Part shown: positions 12,714 to 32,383 of the stretch, piece after piece | Position numbering within the stretch: position 1 is the stretch's first letter | How the letters are laid out: each line of letters begins with the position of its first letter | Source of the DNA: Dictyostelium discoideum | Lineage: Eukaryota | Length of the DNA: 64,000 nucleotides | Direction: 5' to 3' | Assembly (NCBI GenBank): GCA_000004695.1 | Contig: CM000151.3 | Span: forward strand, 7,328,001 to 7,392,000 | Notes under the pieces: model-generated | Databases searched by the model: none | Told to the model about the DNA's origin: nothing | Seen by the model: the letters and a program-made list of their open reading frames with translations, nothing else | Made by a program: the position numbers and the translations under genes

Positions 12714-14251
12714 GTTATAAATGGTGATTTTTTATTTAAATTTGAAATATCTTCTTCATCTGTACTTTCCTCTAATTCATTTGATAACATTTTATTCATT
12801 AAATCTTGTGATTCTTGAGAAATTCTAATATTAGTTGGTAATACTAATTTTGGAGGACCATCTTCCTTTGTAAAGATATCAATCATTTCATTTGTAATTC
12901 TCCACATATTGAATTGATTATCTTTACCAATTGATGTTACATAATGTTGTTTTTCACCACCTGCTACTTCAGTTGTTCTCCAATCAAAATTTAATATAGT
13001 ATCTTTATGTCCACCTGATAATGAAAGTATTGGATGCTCTGAACATTTTGCATTCCTAAATTGAATATCATTATATGATCCCTTTGATGAAATTGAACCA
13101 ATAATATCATTATTAACAAATGGCTAAAAAAAAAAAAATAATAAATAAATAAATATTAAATTAATACTTTTATTATTATTTCCAATTGATCAATGATATT
13201 TTTAAAAATAACAAGGTGTATATATAAATATACATACAAGGAATCTAGCGATATTACAAGTTGAATCTATATTATATCTATGTAATAAATTACTTGGAGG
13301 TGTTACATCCCAAACTTTTACACATTTTTCAGTTGGGCCACATGTTAATAGTTGATTTCTTTCCTTTGGACTCCATTCAATATTTGAAATTGAACCTATA
13401 TGTGCTGAAACACATGATAATGGTGATCCAAATTTCTATAAAAAAAAAAAAAAAAAATAAAAAAAAAAAAAAATGTTATTAATAAGTGTTGTTATAAAAA
13501 TATTAGAGTTTTTATTAATAATAATAATAATTACTCTTATATCCCAAATATTAAATTCACTAGCATTTGAAGTTGCTAGCATTGTACTTGAATTTGGATT
13601 CCAAGCGATTTGAGATAAATTTGATCTTGCTTTAAAGTTTGTACTAATTCCACCACTACCTTGAGTACGTTCTCTAATATCGAAAATATTTGCCATACAA
13701 TCAGAGCTTGCACTAGCGATTAAATTGGTCTCTTGTGTATTCCATGAGAGTGATGTAATATGTCTAATATGTGATTTAGAGAATTTAACAATCAATTTCT
13801 CATCTCTAACATTCCAAAGATAAATTGAATAATCCTTTAATGATGATGATACTAATAAATGTGATTCAGATTTATTTGTACTCCATTTTAATAAATCACA
13901 TTCAATCTCTTTAGAATTTGATTTTAATTTCTTAAAAATACATGGTGTTGTTGTTGGTGATGATGTTGTGGTTGTTGTCGATGATGATGATGATGAATGA
14001 TGTGATGATAAAAAACCTTTACTAATATTATTACTACTACTACTTGCTTCATCTATAATACTGATTTTATCATCTTGTGTATCCTTTGGTAAATTCAATA
14101 TGAATAAACTTCTCTCACTTGAGATTGCAACATGTTCACCTGTTAAATCAACTGCCAATGATGAGAATTTATATTTATTCTTTTTATCTAAACATGTTGA
14201 TACAATTGGTTGGAATGAATTTTGTTTAAACTGATTTGTACCATCCATCAT
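9818..14251 (-). CDS. WD40-repeat N-terminus fused to LysM + GRAM-like + C-terminal TLDc domain (OXR1/NCOA7-like oxidation-resistance family), ~1400 aa
   Basis: Exons (minus) are 14251..13535, 13435..13238 and 13123..9818. Exon 1 ends ..NIWDIR|gtaatt; its intron ends ..ttttatag. Exon 2 is KFGSPLSCVSAHIGSISNIEWSPKE..CVKVWDV..IARFL|gtatgt; the second intron ends ..tttttttttag. Exon 3 (PFVNNDIIGS..SLSGGHKDTILNFDW..) runs in frame into the 1029-aa ORF. LysM-like segment YTVKEKDTLTGISLQFSMPRDVLIQANRL..KPGTQLWVY. GRAM-like segment KLVCFMRNQKVVGHLTLTPYQLIFQS. TLDc region YLPIRTQGSDIELLFNTTNDGVSFITFYKRI..LLIQDENGYIFGAFLS..GSGETFLFKIYP..IYASHDYISIGGG..GLWMDNEFLHGYSGPSETFNN. Stop at 9820-9818. Confidence 0.7.
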
Positions 14252-14421
14252 TAATATTAAATTTTATTTTTGATTTTTTTTTTTTTTTTATTTATTTTTT
14301 GATTTTTTTATTTTTTAACGAGAATTGAAATGAATAATTATTATTATTATTAAAAATTATTATTATTATTATTATTATTATAAATTATAAATCCATTAAG
14401 TAATAATTATTATTGGTTCTG

Positions 14422-14499
<78 letters not shown>

Positions 14500-15074
14500 A
14501 AAAAAAAAAAAAAAAAAAATTTAAAAAAAAAATAAAAAAAAAAAAAAAAAAAAATCATATTGTTGGTTAACCCTAATTACCAAATCTAAACAAGAAAAAA
14601 ACAACTTGTCAATTAGTTTTTTTTATATATTTTTTTTTTTATTAATCTTTTCCAGTTTTATTTGTTTGATATTATTATTATTTAATTATTTTTTTTTACA
14701 ATTTTTTTTTTTTTTTTTTTCAAACTCCGATACTATAATTTCATTTTCAAGGTATTATTTTTTTTATTTATTATTATTTTATAATTTTTTATTATTTTTA
14801 ATTATTATTATTTTTATTAATAATTTTAAAATTTTATTATTAAAAATTATCTTTTAAAAATAATATTCATTGCTCATTTTCAATAAAAAATGATTTCCGA
14901 AAAAACGAAATACACCTAAAATTTCCTTAAGATATTTTTTATTTTTTTTTTCCAAAAAAAAATAAAATTTTTAAGATATTTTTTAAAAAATAAAAATTGA
15001 GATGTCTTTTTTTTAAAAAAAAAGGAATTTCCTAAAATTATTTATTTTGTGTTGATTACTAATTTTTTTTTTTT

Positions 15075-15107
<33 letters not shown>

Positions 15108-15112
15108 TATTA

Positions 15113-17014
15113 TTAAGAATTTGAATGATTTTTACCTGATAAAACTCTGTCTAAATTAAAAGCAGCACTAATTAAACTTAAATGAGTGAAAGCTTGTGGA
15201 AAATTACCTAAAGCTTCACCACCAATACCAATTTCTTCAGAGAATAAACCCAAATGATTTGCATAACCTAACATTTCATCAAATATTAAACGAGCTTTAA
15301 CTAGATATTCTTTATTGACAACGGAAGCTCTTGTTAAACTTTCGATTAACCAAAATGTACAAATATTGAAAGTACCTTCTTCACCATCCAAACCATCGGT
15401 TGCAATATGATCATCATGACCATGGGTTAGATTATAACGAAATACCAAAGAGTTTGCAACTAGACCTCCTTCTTCCACTGGTTTGAGTATTGCTTCTAAT
15501 GTTGCTAAATTTCTTGGGTCTGATGGAGCCATAAAGAAAACCAACGACATTATCAATGTTGAAGCATCCAATGCTTTACTACCATAGAATTGAGTAATCT
15601 TTGTCCATTTATCACGTGGGGCTGGGAATGATCTACGATCTGCCAAACGCAATCCTCTATCCAATGCCACCCAACACATTATCTTGGAGTAGGTGAAATG
15701 TTGTTTACCACTTCTAACTTCCCAAATACCTTCATCCTTGGTTTGATAATTATCAGCCACCCAATCGACCATCTTCCTAATATGTAACCAAAAATCGTAG
15801 GAAACCAACGACCCATACTTATTGGAGAGATAAATCGAATCCATAAACTCGCCGAAAATGTCCATTTGAACTTGATTGATTGCATCATTACCAACTCTAA
15901 CCGGCTTGCTATCTCTATAGCCTGAAAGATGGTCCAATGTGTATTCGGGGATTTTATCATCGCCATGAATGCTATACATGACACGCACGGGCATGCTTCT
16001 TTTTGGGTCGTCATAAACTGCTTCGGCACATCTTGTTTCCAACCATTTCATAAATGCATGTGCTTCTTCAATGAAGCCAATTCTAATCAAACCATAGACA
16101 GAGAAACTTGAATCTCTCAACCAAGCGTATCTGTAATCCCAATTTCTAGGCCCACCCAATCCCTCTGGTAGCGAACAAGTTGGCGAGGCAATGATTGCAC
16201 CCGTTGGAGCGAATGTCATAAGCTTCAAACATAGTGCACTACGTTCCACGATTTCCCTCCATCTTCCCTTGTAAGTGCATTTCTCCAACCATTTTTGCCA
16301 GTAGAATATGGTGCCCATGAATAATTCATTCTCCAATTTGCCAATATCCTCTGGAACACGATAGAGATGCTTTGGAAACAAGTCTACACTATCAAACGAT
16401 TCCTTTAGTATGAACACCACCACATCATTCTCTTTGACAGTGAAGACCGATTCTAGGAACCCCCCATTTCCATCATTGATAAGTGTCATTGGAATCTTTG
16501 ATATTAAATCTAAATTGATCTTTGTAGGCTCAGATTGAATATTGTAACCAAATTCTGTTTTCTCCATTTTATGTTTATCTAATGCGAAATTGAATGTTGG
16601 TTTGAATATCATTTTCATATCTAATTTGCCTCTGATTCCTTTAACTTTTCTAACTAACCATTTCGAGCCTTTTCCATCTACAACTGGCATATAATCAATC
16701 ACTGATGCTACCGATTCAACTAAATGAAATCTACTCTGAAGTACATTTGTATCTGGCCAATAGCTTTGCTTGGTTTTGGTTTGTTTACACTTCGATCTCA
16801 ATGTTTCTGGTGCAATACGCCAATGTCCACCCTTTTCACAATCTAACAATGAGCAAAACATAGCTGGTGAATCAAAATGCGGCCAACACATAAAATTAAT
16901 ATCAGCATGAATTGATATCAATGCACTTGTTAACATATTTCCAATAACTCCATGATTTTCAATTAATGGATAAGATTCACAAACTCCATCAATTTCAATT
17001 TCATTACTTGCCAT
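15113..17014 (-). CDS. glycoside hydrolase family 15 (glucoamylase/trehalase-like, bacterial/archaeal type) protein, 633 aa, intronless
   Basis: Single ORF from ATG at 17014 to TAA at 15113. GH15 signatures: N-terminal beta-sandwich region (ENHGVIGNMLTSALISIHADINFMCWPHFDSPAMFCSLLD..GGHWRIAP) and catalytic (alpha/alpha)6 motifs (YRYAWLRDSSFSVYGL, NQVQMDIFGEF, EGIWEVRSGKQHFTYSKIMCWVALDRG, CTFWLIESL). GC content and third-position GC are clearly above neighbouring genes, and the ORF has no polyN/polyQ tracts or introns. Confidence 0.8.
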   Translation of the reverse strand: MASNEIEIDGVCESYPLIENHGVIGNMLTSALISIHADINFMCWPHFDSPAMFCSLLDCEKGGHWRIAPETLRSKCKQTKTKQSYWPDTNVLQSRFHLVESVASVIDYMPVVDGKGSKWLVRKVKGIRGKLDMKMIFKPTFNFALDKHKMEKTEFGYNIQSEPTKINLDLISKIPMTLINDGNGGFLESVFTVKENDVVVFILKESFDSVDLFPKHLYRVPEDIGKLENELFMGTIFYWQKWLEKCTYKGRWREIVERSALCLKLMTFAPTGAIIASPTCSLPEGLGGPRNWDYRYAWLRDSSFSVYGLIRIGFIEEAHAFMKWLETRCAEAVYDDPKRSMPVRVMYSIHGDDKIPEYTLDHLSGYRDSKPVRVGNDAINQVQMDIFGEFMDSIYLSNKYGSLVSYDFWLHIRKMVDWVADNYQTKDEGIWEVRSGKQHFTYSKIMCWVALDRGLRLADRRSFPAPRDKWTKITQFYGSKALDASTLIMSLVFFMAPSDPRNLATLEAILKPVEEGGLVANSLVFRYNLTHGHDDHIATDGLDGEEGTFNICTFWLIESLTRASVVNKEYLVKARLIFDEMLGYANHLGLFSEEIGIGGEALGNFPQAFTHLSLISAAFNLDRVLSGKNHSNS

Positions 17015-17119
17015 TTTAAATTTTTAAAAAAATAATTTATTTATTTATTAATTAATAATTGGGTAATAATTGGTTAATTAATTTTTAATAATAATAATAA
17101 TTTTTTTTTTTTAATTTTT

Positions 17120-17150
<31 letters not shown>

Positions 17151-17770
17151 GGAAATCCCTTTTAATGGAAAAAAAAAAAAAAAAAAAAAAAGGAATTAAT
17201 GTTATTTATATGTAAATAAAGTAGTAATACAATATTATAATAAAAAAAAAATATGTAATATTAATATTAATTAAGTAAATAATAAAAAAAAAAAAAAATA
17301 ATAATGTTAATATTTTTTTATTTTTTTATTTATTTATTTTTTTTATTTATTTATTTAATTAATTTATTTATTTGTTAATCTGCCATACACATTAAAAATT
17401 TAATTGAAATAATATTTTTAATAAAAAATAATACACTACAACTTTTTTTATTTTTTTATTTGTTTTTTTTTTTTTTGAATTGGTTTATTATTTTATTTGT
17501 ATACATTGTGGTAAATTTAACATTCCAAAAATTATGGTGTGAAGTGCAGTTTGGGTGTTCATTTACAAAAAAATAATTTTAAATTTTTTTTTTTTTTTTT
17601 TTTATTGAAATAATGCCCCCCTGTATATATATATGTATGATTTATAGATTTTATTTTATTTTTTAAAAGTTCAGTGAGTTGCGAATATAATATTTTTAAT
17701 ATATTAAAAAAAAAAAAATTTTATTTATTTTTGTATGACTAATTTCAGAAACTGTTTTTTAAATTATTTT

Positions 17771-17811
<41 letters not shown>

Positions 17812-18119
17812 AAAAATAAAAAAAAAAAAGAATTTAAGCGCTAAAAATTTTATTTTCTTTTTTTTTTTTTTTTTATTTATTTTGGAAACATAAAAAATCG
17901 ATACAGCTTGTTTTCTTTATTTATTTAATAAACATTTAAATAAGAATTTCACACGCGCCCTATGATTGAAATAACGAAAATAAAAGAGTCAAAAACTAAA
18001 ACAATAAATAAATAAACAATAACCAAATAAAACTCAACATTAAACTTTTTTTTTTATTTTTTTTTATTTAATTTTATAATTGTATAATAAAAAATAATAA
18101 TAATAAAAACAATAATAAA

Positions 18120-20205
<2,086 letters not shown>

Positions 20206-20546
20206 TACTTTTAATTGGGTATTAATTTCCATTTTTTTTTTCAAATTATTTTTTGTTTCTTTTTCTTTTTCTTTTTTTTTTTTCAATTTATTTTTTTTTA
20301 ATAAAATGTACAACAAATCATATTTATTAATATTAATTTATTTATTAAAATTTGAATTTTTTTTTTTTTTTTTTTTTTTTTCTTTGTTTTTTAAATCTAA
20401 GTTTTTTTTTCTTATAATTTTTATTTTTGTTTTTTATATTTTATTTAAAAGAAAAAATATTTTTTTTTTTTCCTAATTTTTTCAATTTTTTTTTTTCACT
20501 TTACATTTTTTTTTTTTTTAATAACCACCAACCCAAATTAAATTTA

Positions 20547-24301
<3,755 letters not shown>

Positions 24302-24417
24302 AATAAATAATTAATTAATTAATTAATTAATTAAATAATAATAATAATAATAACTCTTTTTAAATAAATTAATAAAACTCTATTGTTAAATATCTAAATG
24401 AATTTATTTTTATTAAA

Positions 24418-24550
<133 letters not shown>

Positions 24551-24563
24551 AAAATTTTGTTTT

Positions 24564-24737
24564 TTAATAATTTGAATAAGATTGTTGGCTTTGGTTAACT
24601 TGATAACTATCATTTAAATTTAATATTGGTTCAATATCTTTTTGATTAGGGCTTTTATTGTTATCGATTTTATTATTATTAATTATTGATTGATTATTAT
24701 TATTATTATCACTATTGTTATTATTATTATTATTAAA

Positions 24738-24831
<94 letters not shown>

Positions 24832-25960
24832 TCAGATTTATACATTGGTGAATATTTATTTCCTGAATTATTATTTTCTATATTAAAATGAATTTCTTCA
24901 ATATCACCAATTGGATGACCATGATGTTTTGGTATTATTATTCTAAAACAAAATAAGGTTGCAAAGAAGGAAGCAACGGAACCGGTCAATAATGAATAAA
25001 CCACATTTCCTTTTGATAAATCTAAAATTAAACCAATACCTAAAGATACTACCATTTGTGGAACTACAACGAATATATTTAATGTACCAATATTGAGACC
25101 ACTACTTTCATTATCTTCAACACCCATACCTACAATTGAAAATGGTAAAATCATAACAATAGCCCATGGAATACCAGTTGATGCAATTAATAGTAATGAA
25201 CCAATTTTCGATTCAACAAAATAAAACAATGCAAAGAAAATACATTGTAAAAGATTACCACCAATATAAATGTATTTCATATCTATGAACTTCACTAAAA
25301 ACGGTATTAACAATGAAACTGCAATCGTTATTCCACTACTAATCGTTAATGATAATGAACCCCAACGAACACCATCTTGAAATAATATCCTTGAATCTGA
25401 ATACTCGGGTGCATTTGGATCACCACCGAAAACATTTACGCCAACCCAAGTTGTAATGAAAAGTACAAACGAAAACCACCCAATCCATGAAAAGAATTGA
25501 ACGGCACATAATCTTTGTAAATATGTGGGCATTTTAACAATACCCTTAAACATTGTCTTTAATGGGTTTTCAACTGATTGATCTTCATTTACCCTAATAT
25601 ATTGTTCCTCTGTTACAAACCCTAATGTCATCACTACACAAAATAATAATACCATAATTGATAGTGTAAATAATGCTCTCGTATCTGTCTTCATAAATGG
25701 AACCATTCTAACCAAATCAATTGAACCCATCATATATCCTAATAAATTACCAGTACCCAACATCAATGAAAATAATGAACTACCTAAACTTTGTTGAGAT
25801 GGTGCTGCAATATCAACTAATAATGCTCTACATGGTGCTTGAACTGCATTATTTGATAAATCTAATATCCAAAATCCAACAATCTAAAAAAAAAATATAT
25901 TAATAAATAATAAAATATAAATTTATTATTATTTATTTATTTATATATTTATTTATATAT

Positions 25961-26015
<55 letters not shown>

Positions 26016-27155
26016 TGTACTATTTTCAAATTATTATTATTTAAATTATATTATTATAATTTTTATTAAAATTACTTACAGCTATTGAAATTGCAATTGA
26101 TTTCTTTTGTTCTGAATCACCAAAATATGAACCAAATGTTTCTGCGTTTGAAATTAAAACTAAACCAATTGATATAAATACTGAACCAATTAAAATGAAT
26201 GGTTTCCTTCTTCCAAATCTACATTCTGACCTATCTGTTATTACACCTACCAAAGGTTGGACAATTAATCCTGATATTGGACCTGCTAACCAAATATATG
26301 ATACCCATTTTTGTTCAACTCCTAACTCTAAAAATAATGGTGTACTAAATGCAATTTGTAATGCCCCTTTTTTTTAAAAAAAAAAAATAAAAAATAAAAA
26401 ATAATAATAATTTAGTAATTTTACAAAAAGTTTTTATAATTTTTAAAATGTATCCATTATTTTTTTTTTTTTTTTTTTTTTTTAAGTTATATCTTACATC
26501 CAAATTGGACACCTAAAAAACAAATTGTTAAACAAATTAAATTAAATAATGGTAATGTTTTCTTATGACCAGAATTTAATAAAATTTCGTTATCAATTTT
26601 TAAAACACCACCAATTATTGGTGTATTTTCATTTGAGGTATTTAAAATTCCACTACTACTTGCCCCTAATGAACTTGATGTATTTAATGAAGATAATGAA
26701 TTTGCCGTACTAGCTGTTGTTGTTGTGGTTGTAGTTGTCATTGGTTGTTTTGGAGTGGTGGATGTTTCAGAATGATGAGGGTTACCACAACTACTTGAAA
26801 TTGAATATGATGATAATATTTTTGGAGCATGTTCATTTGCCTTTAATTTATTTTTTTTTTCCTTTCCATCATCATTACCACCACCTCCACATCCACCACC
26901 ACTATCACCACCCCCACCACCACTATCTCCTTCACCATTTCCAAGATTTGTTTTATCTATAAAATTGGTGTCTTTTTCAATGTTGATTTTATTGCTATTA
27001 TTGTTATTATTAATATTTCCTTCTTTTTCTTCTTTTTCCTCTTCTTCTTCTTCTTCTTCTTTAATATCATTTTCATCTTCATTTATTGTTTCATCTTCTT
27101 GCTTATAATATTTATTTTTTATTTTATTTTTACTATTACTATTATTATATGTCAT
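24564..27155 (-). CDS. SLC45 / plant-sucrose-transporter-like (GPH family) membrane permease with a long low-complexity N-terminal cytoplasmic extension
   Basis: Exons (minus) are 27155..26498, 26366..26080 and 25883..24564. Exon 1 ends ..LGVQFG + t|gtaag; the intron ends ..aaaaaaaag, and t+gg restores the Trp of the family motif GVQFGW|ALQIAFSTPLFLELG. Exon 2 carries IWLAGPISGLIVQPLVGVITDRSECRFGRRKPFILIGS and ends ..SIAISIA|gtaagt. Exon 3 carries IVGFWILDLSNNAVQAPCRALLVDIAAPSQQSLGSSLFSLMLGTGNLLGY plus further TM helices, followed by an N-rich C-terminal tail. Confidence 0.75.
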
Positions 27156-27328
27156 GGTTTAATCTATCTATCATTTATTTTACTATAAATTAATCTATTA
27201 TTTTGGAAGTGAGAAAAAAAAAAAAACAATTTATTCTTTTTTTTTTAATTATTTTTTTTTTTTTTTTTTTTTGTTAAATATAATACAAAACAAATAAATT
27301 ATTTTTGGTTTTATTCCAATTAAAACTG

Positions 27329-27360
<32 letters not shown>

Positions 27361-27861
27361 GTTTTTTATGTGTGATAAATTGATTGTGTATTATTAAAAA
27401 TGAAATTATAATAAAAAAAAAAATAAAAAAAAAAATGCAAACAACACAATTTTTTTTGAATTTTTTTCAAATTTCCAAATTTGGGCTTTAATTTTTAATT
27501 TAATAATTTTATTTTTTTTATTTTTTTAATTTTTTATTTTTTTTTTTTTATTATTTTTTTTTTTTTTTTTTTATTTATTATTTAATTAACCAAAACATAT
27601 CATGGATATTCAACAAAACTATAAAACTTGAAAAAAAAAAAAAAAAAATAAAAAAATAAAAAAAATAATAATAATAATAATGATAATAATAAAAAAAACC
27701 TATTTTTGCTTTTAATTATTAAAAAATGGTAAGTCAGATTACACAAATTAAAAAAATAAGATTTTTTATTATTTTTTTTTATTTTTTAATTTTTTTATTT
27801 TTTTATTTTTTTGTTTTTTTTTTGAAAATCTAATTTTTTTTTTTTTTTCAGAACACCCGAA

Positions 27862-28428
27862 ATGATAAGGAATTTAACTTTATTATCAAAAAGTTCATTA
27901 GATCCAAAATGTTTAATCTTAAAACATTCAAACAAAAACCTCAATAATTATTTCAAACAAATAACATTTCGTTATTATAGTAAAACCAACCCAATCATTA
28001 AACAACAAAATCATAATAATATTAATAACTATAATAATACAACACCAGAAACTCAAGAAAGAATTAATGAATTATTAAAATTATTCCCTCCAATAAAGTA
28101 TGGATTTGCATATGGTTCAGGTGTAATTTCACAAAAAGGTTACAATAGAAATGGTGATGGATCAACCTCAACTGAAAATCCATCAAAAAAAGAAGAACAA
28201 TCACCAATGATTGATTTAATATTTGCTGTTGAAAACTCAACTAAATGGCATTCTCTCAATCTTGTAAATAATCAATCACATTATTCTTTTCTTGGTTTGA
28301 TGGGTGCTCATATAGTTGCAAAAGTTCAATATATGAATGCTAAAATTTATTTTAATACATTATTAGAACATAATGGAATTGTATGTATTTATTTATTATT
28401 ATTATTACATATTAAAAGTACTCAAAAC

Positions 28429-28462
<34 letters not shown>

Positions 28463-29238
28463 TTATTTTTAAGAAATTTAAATATGGTGTTATTGAATAT
28501 AAAGATTTAATAGATGATTTAAAGAATTGGAAAACATTATATTTATCAGGTAGAATGCAAAAACCAATTTTCAATTTACCAACATCAAGTACAGAAGGAT
28601 TGAAAGAGATTCAAGAGATTAATAGTGAATATAATTTAAAAAATGCTGTAATCACATCATTATTAATGTTACCTGAAACATTTACAGAGTATGATCTTTA
28701 TCATACAATCTCAAAACTATCCTATAGTGGTGATATAAGAATGAAAGGTGCTGAAAATCCAATGAAAACTCATAATATCGTAATTAATAATATTGATGGT
28801 TTTAGATCATTATATTTCCCAATCATTAATGATCATTTAACTCAATATTTAAATGTAATCTTAGAAAATGGTGATGAAGTTAATTCAAGTTTAATTTTAT
28901 CACAAAATAATAATAATAAAAATAATAATAAAAATGAGACAACAACAACAGCAGCACCAAAAATGGTTACATTCAAATCAAAACAAGATCCAATGAATTA
29001 TTTAAATTTATTAATGATGCTACCAGGAAGTATTAAATCAACAATGTTAAAAGAAGTTAGAAATAATATGAAATTGATGAAATCTGATGAAAAAATTGAT
29101 CCAACAATACTTCACAATTTAATATTTATGATTGTTTCAAAAAGTAGTTTCGCTCAAACAGTAAAAGGTGTTTTTACTGCTGGTATTTCAAAATCCTTAA
29201 ATTATATGAAATTAAAATTAAAAAAAAATAAAAAATAA
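27862..29238 (+). CDS. TAMM41/Mmp37-like mitochondrial phosphatidate cytidylyltransferase (CDP-DAG synthase)
   Basis: Exons 27862..28380 and 28474..29238. Exon 1 ends ..LLEHNGI|gtatgt; the intron ends ..tttttaag; exon 2 starts KFKYGVIEYKDLIDDLKNWKTLYLSGRMQKPIFNL. Family motifs: GFAYGSGVISQ, MIDLIFAVENSTKWHSLNLVNNQSHYS, KIYFNTLLEHNGI. The N-terminus MIRNLTLLSKSS.. is presequence-like. Confidence 0.75.
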
Positions 29239-29590
29239 TTTTAAAATAATAAATAATAATAATAATAATTTAACAATAAAAATAATAAATAATAAATAAT
29301 ATTAATAATATTTTTAAAAAAAAAAAAAAAAAAAAATATATATTAAATTAAAAAAACAATTATTTGTGTGCAAGTAAAATTTTTTTTAATCTTGTTCAGT
29401 CATTTTTTTTTTTTTTAATTTATTTTTTATTTAATTTTTTTTTTTTTTTTTTTTAAACTTTTTTTTTTTTTTTTTTTTTTTTTTATTTAAACTTTTTTTT
29501 TTATTTATTTTTTTTTTCCAAATGCCAAATAAAGGAGTAGTGTACACCCAAACTTTAAAATAGAAAAATAAAAAAAAATAATAGTGTCAT

Positions 29591-29629
<39 letters not shown>

Positions 29630-29713
29630 AACATTTACAAAAATTTCAAAAAATAAAAAAATAAAAGAATAAAAATAAAATAAAATAAAAAAATAATAAT
29701 AATAATAAAGCAA

Positions 29714-32021
<2,308 letters not shown>

Positions 32022-32162
32022 AAAAAAAAAAAAAATAAAAAAAAATAAAAAAAAATATATGCAAACAATTAAATAGTTTTTTTTTTTTAAAAAAAAAATA
32101 ATTAAATTCTTTTTCTTTTTATTTATTTATTTATTTATTTGTATTGGCATTATTATTATTAT

Positions 32163-32207
<45 letters not shown>

Positions 32208-32383
32208 TTTATTATGATTGATTAAATTTGTCATATCCCCTCTTTAAAGACTATGAACATTTAATTGGATTTGAGATTATTGATTAAATTGATTTAGTTG
32301 ATTATTAAGATTGAAAGTTATTTATTTATTATAAATTAAATAATAAAATTTTTTTTTTTGATTAGTTTTTTTTTTTTTTTTTT

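Noticed and set aside
26735-26962. His-rich 75-aa plus-strand ORF
   Set aside because: It is the antisense reading of the Gly-rich (GGT/GGA) segment of SLC45-like exon 1 and sits inside a supported minus-strand exon.
27726-27851. ATG immediately followed by gtaagt at 27726-27734, and a ..ttttcag acceptor at 27851, suggesting a one-codon first exon for the TAMM41 gene
   Set aside because: Splicing 27728 to 27852 puts the downstream sequence in a frame that hits a stop after ~30 codons. It is not in frame with MIRNLTLL.. (ATG 27862). The presequence-like ATG at 27862 is the simpler start.
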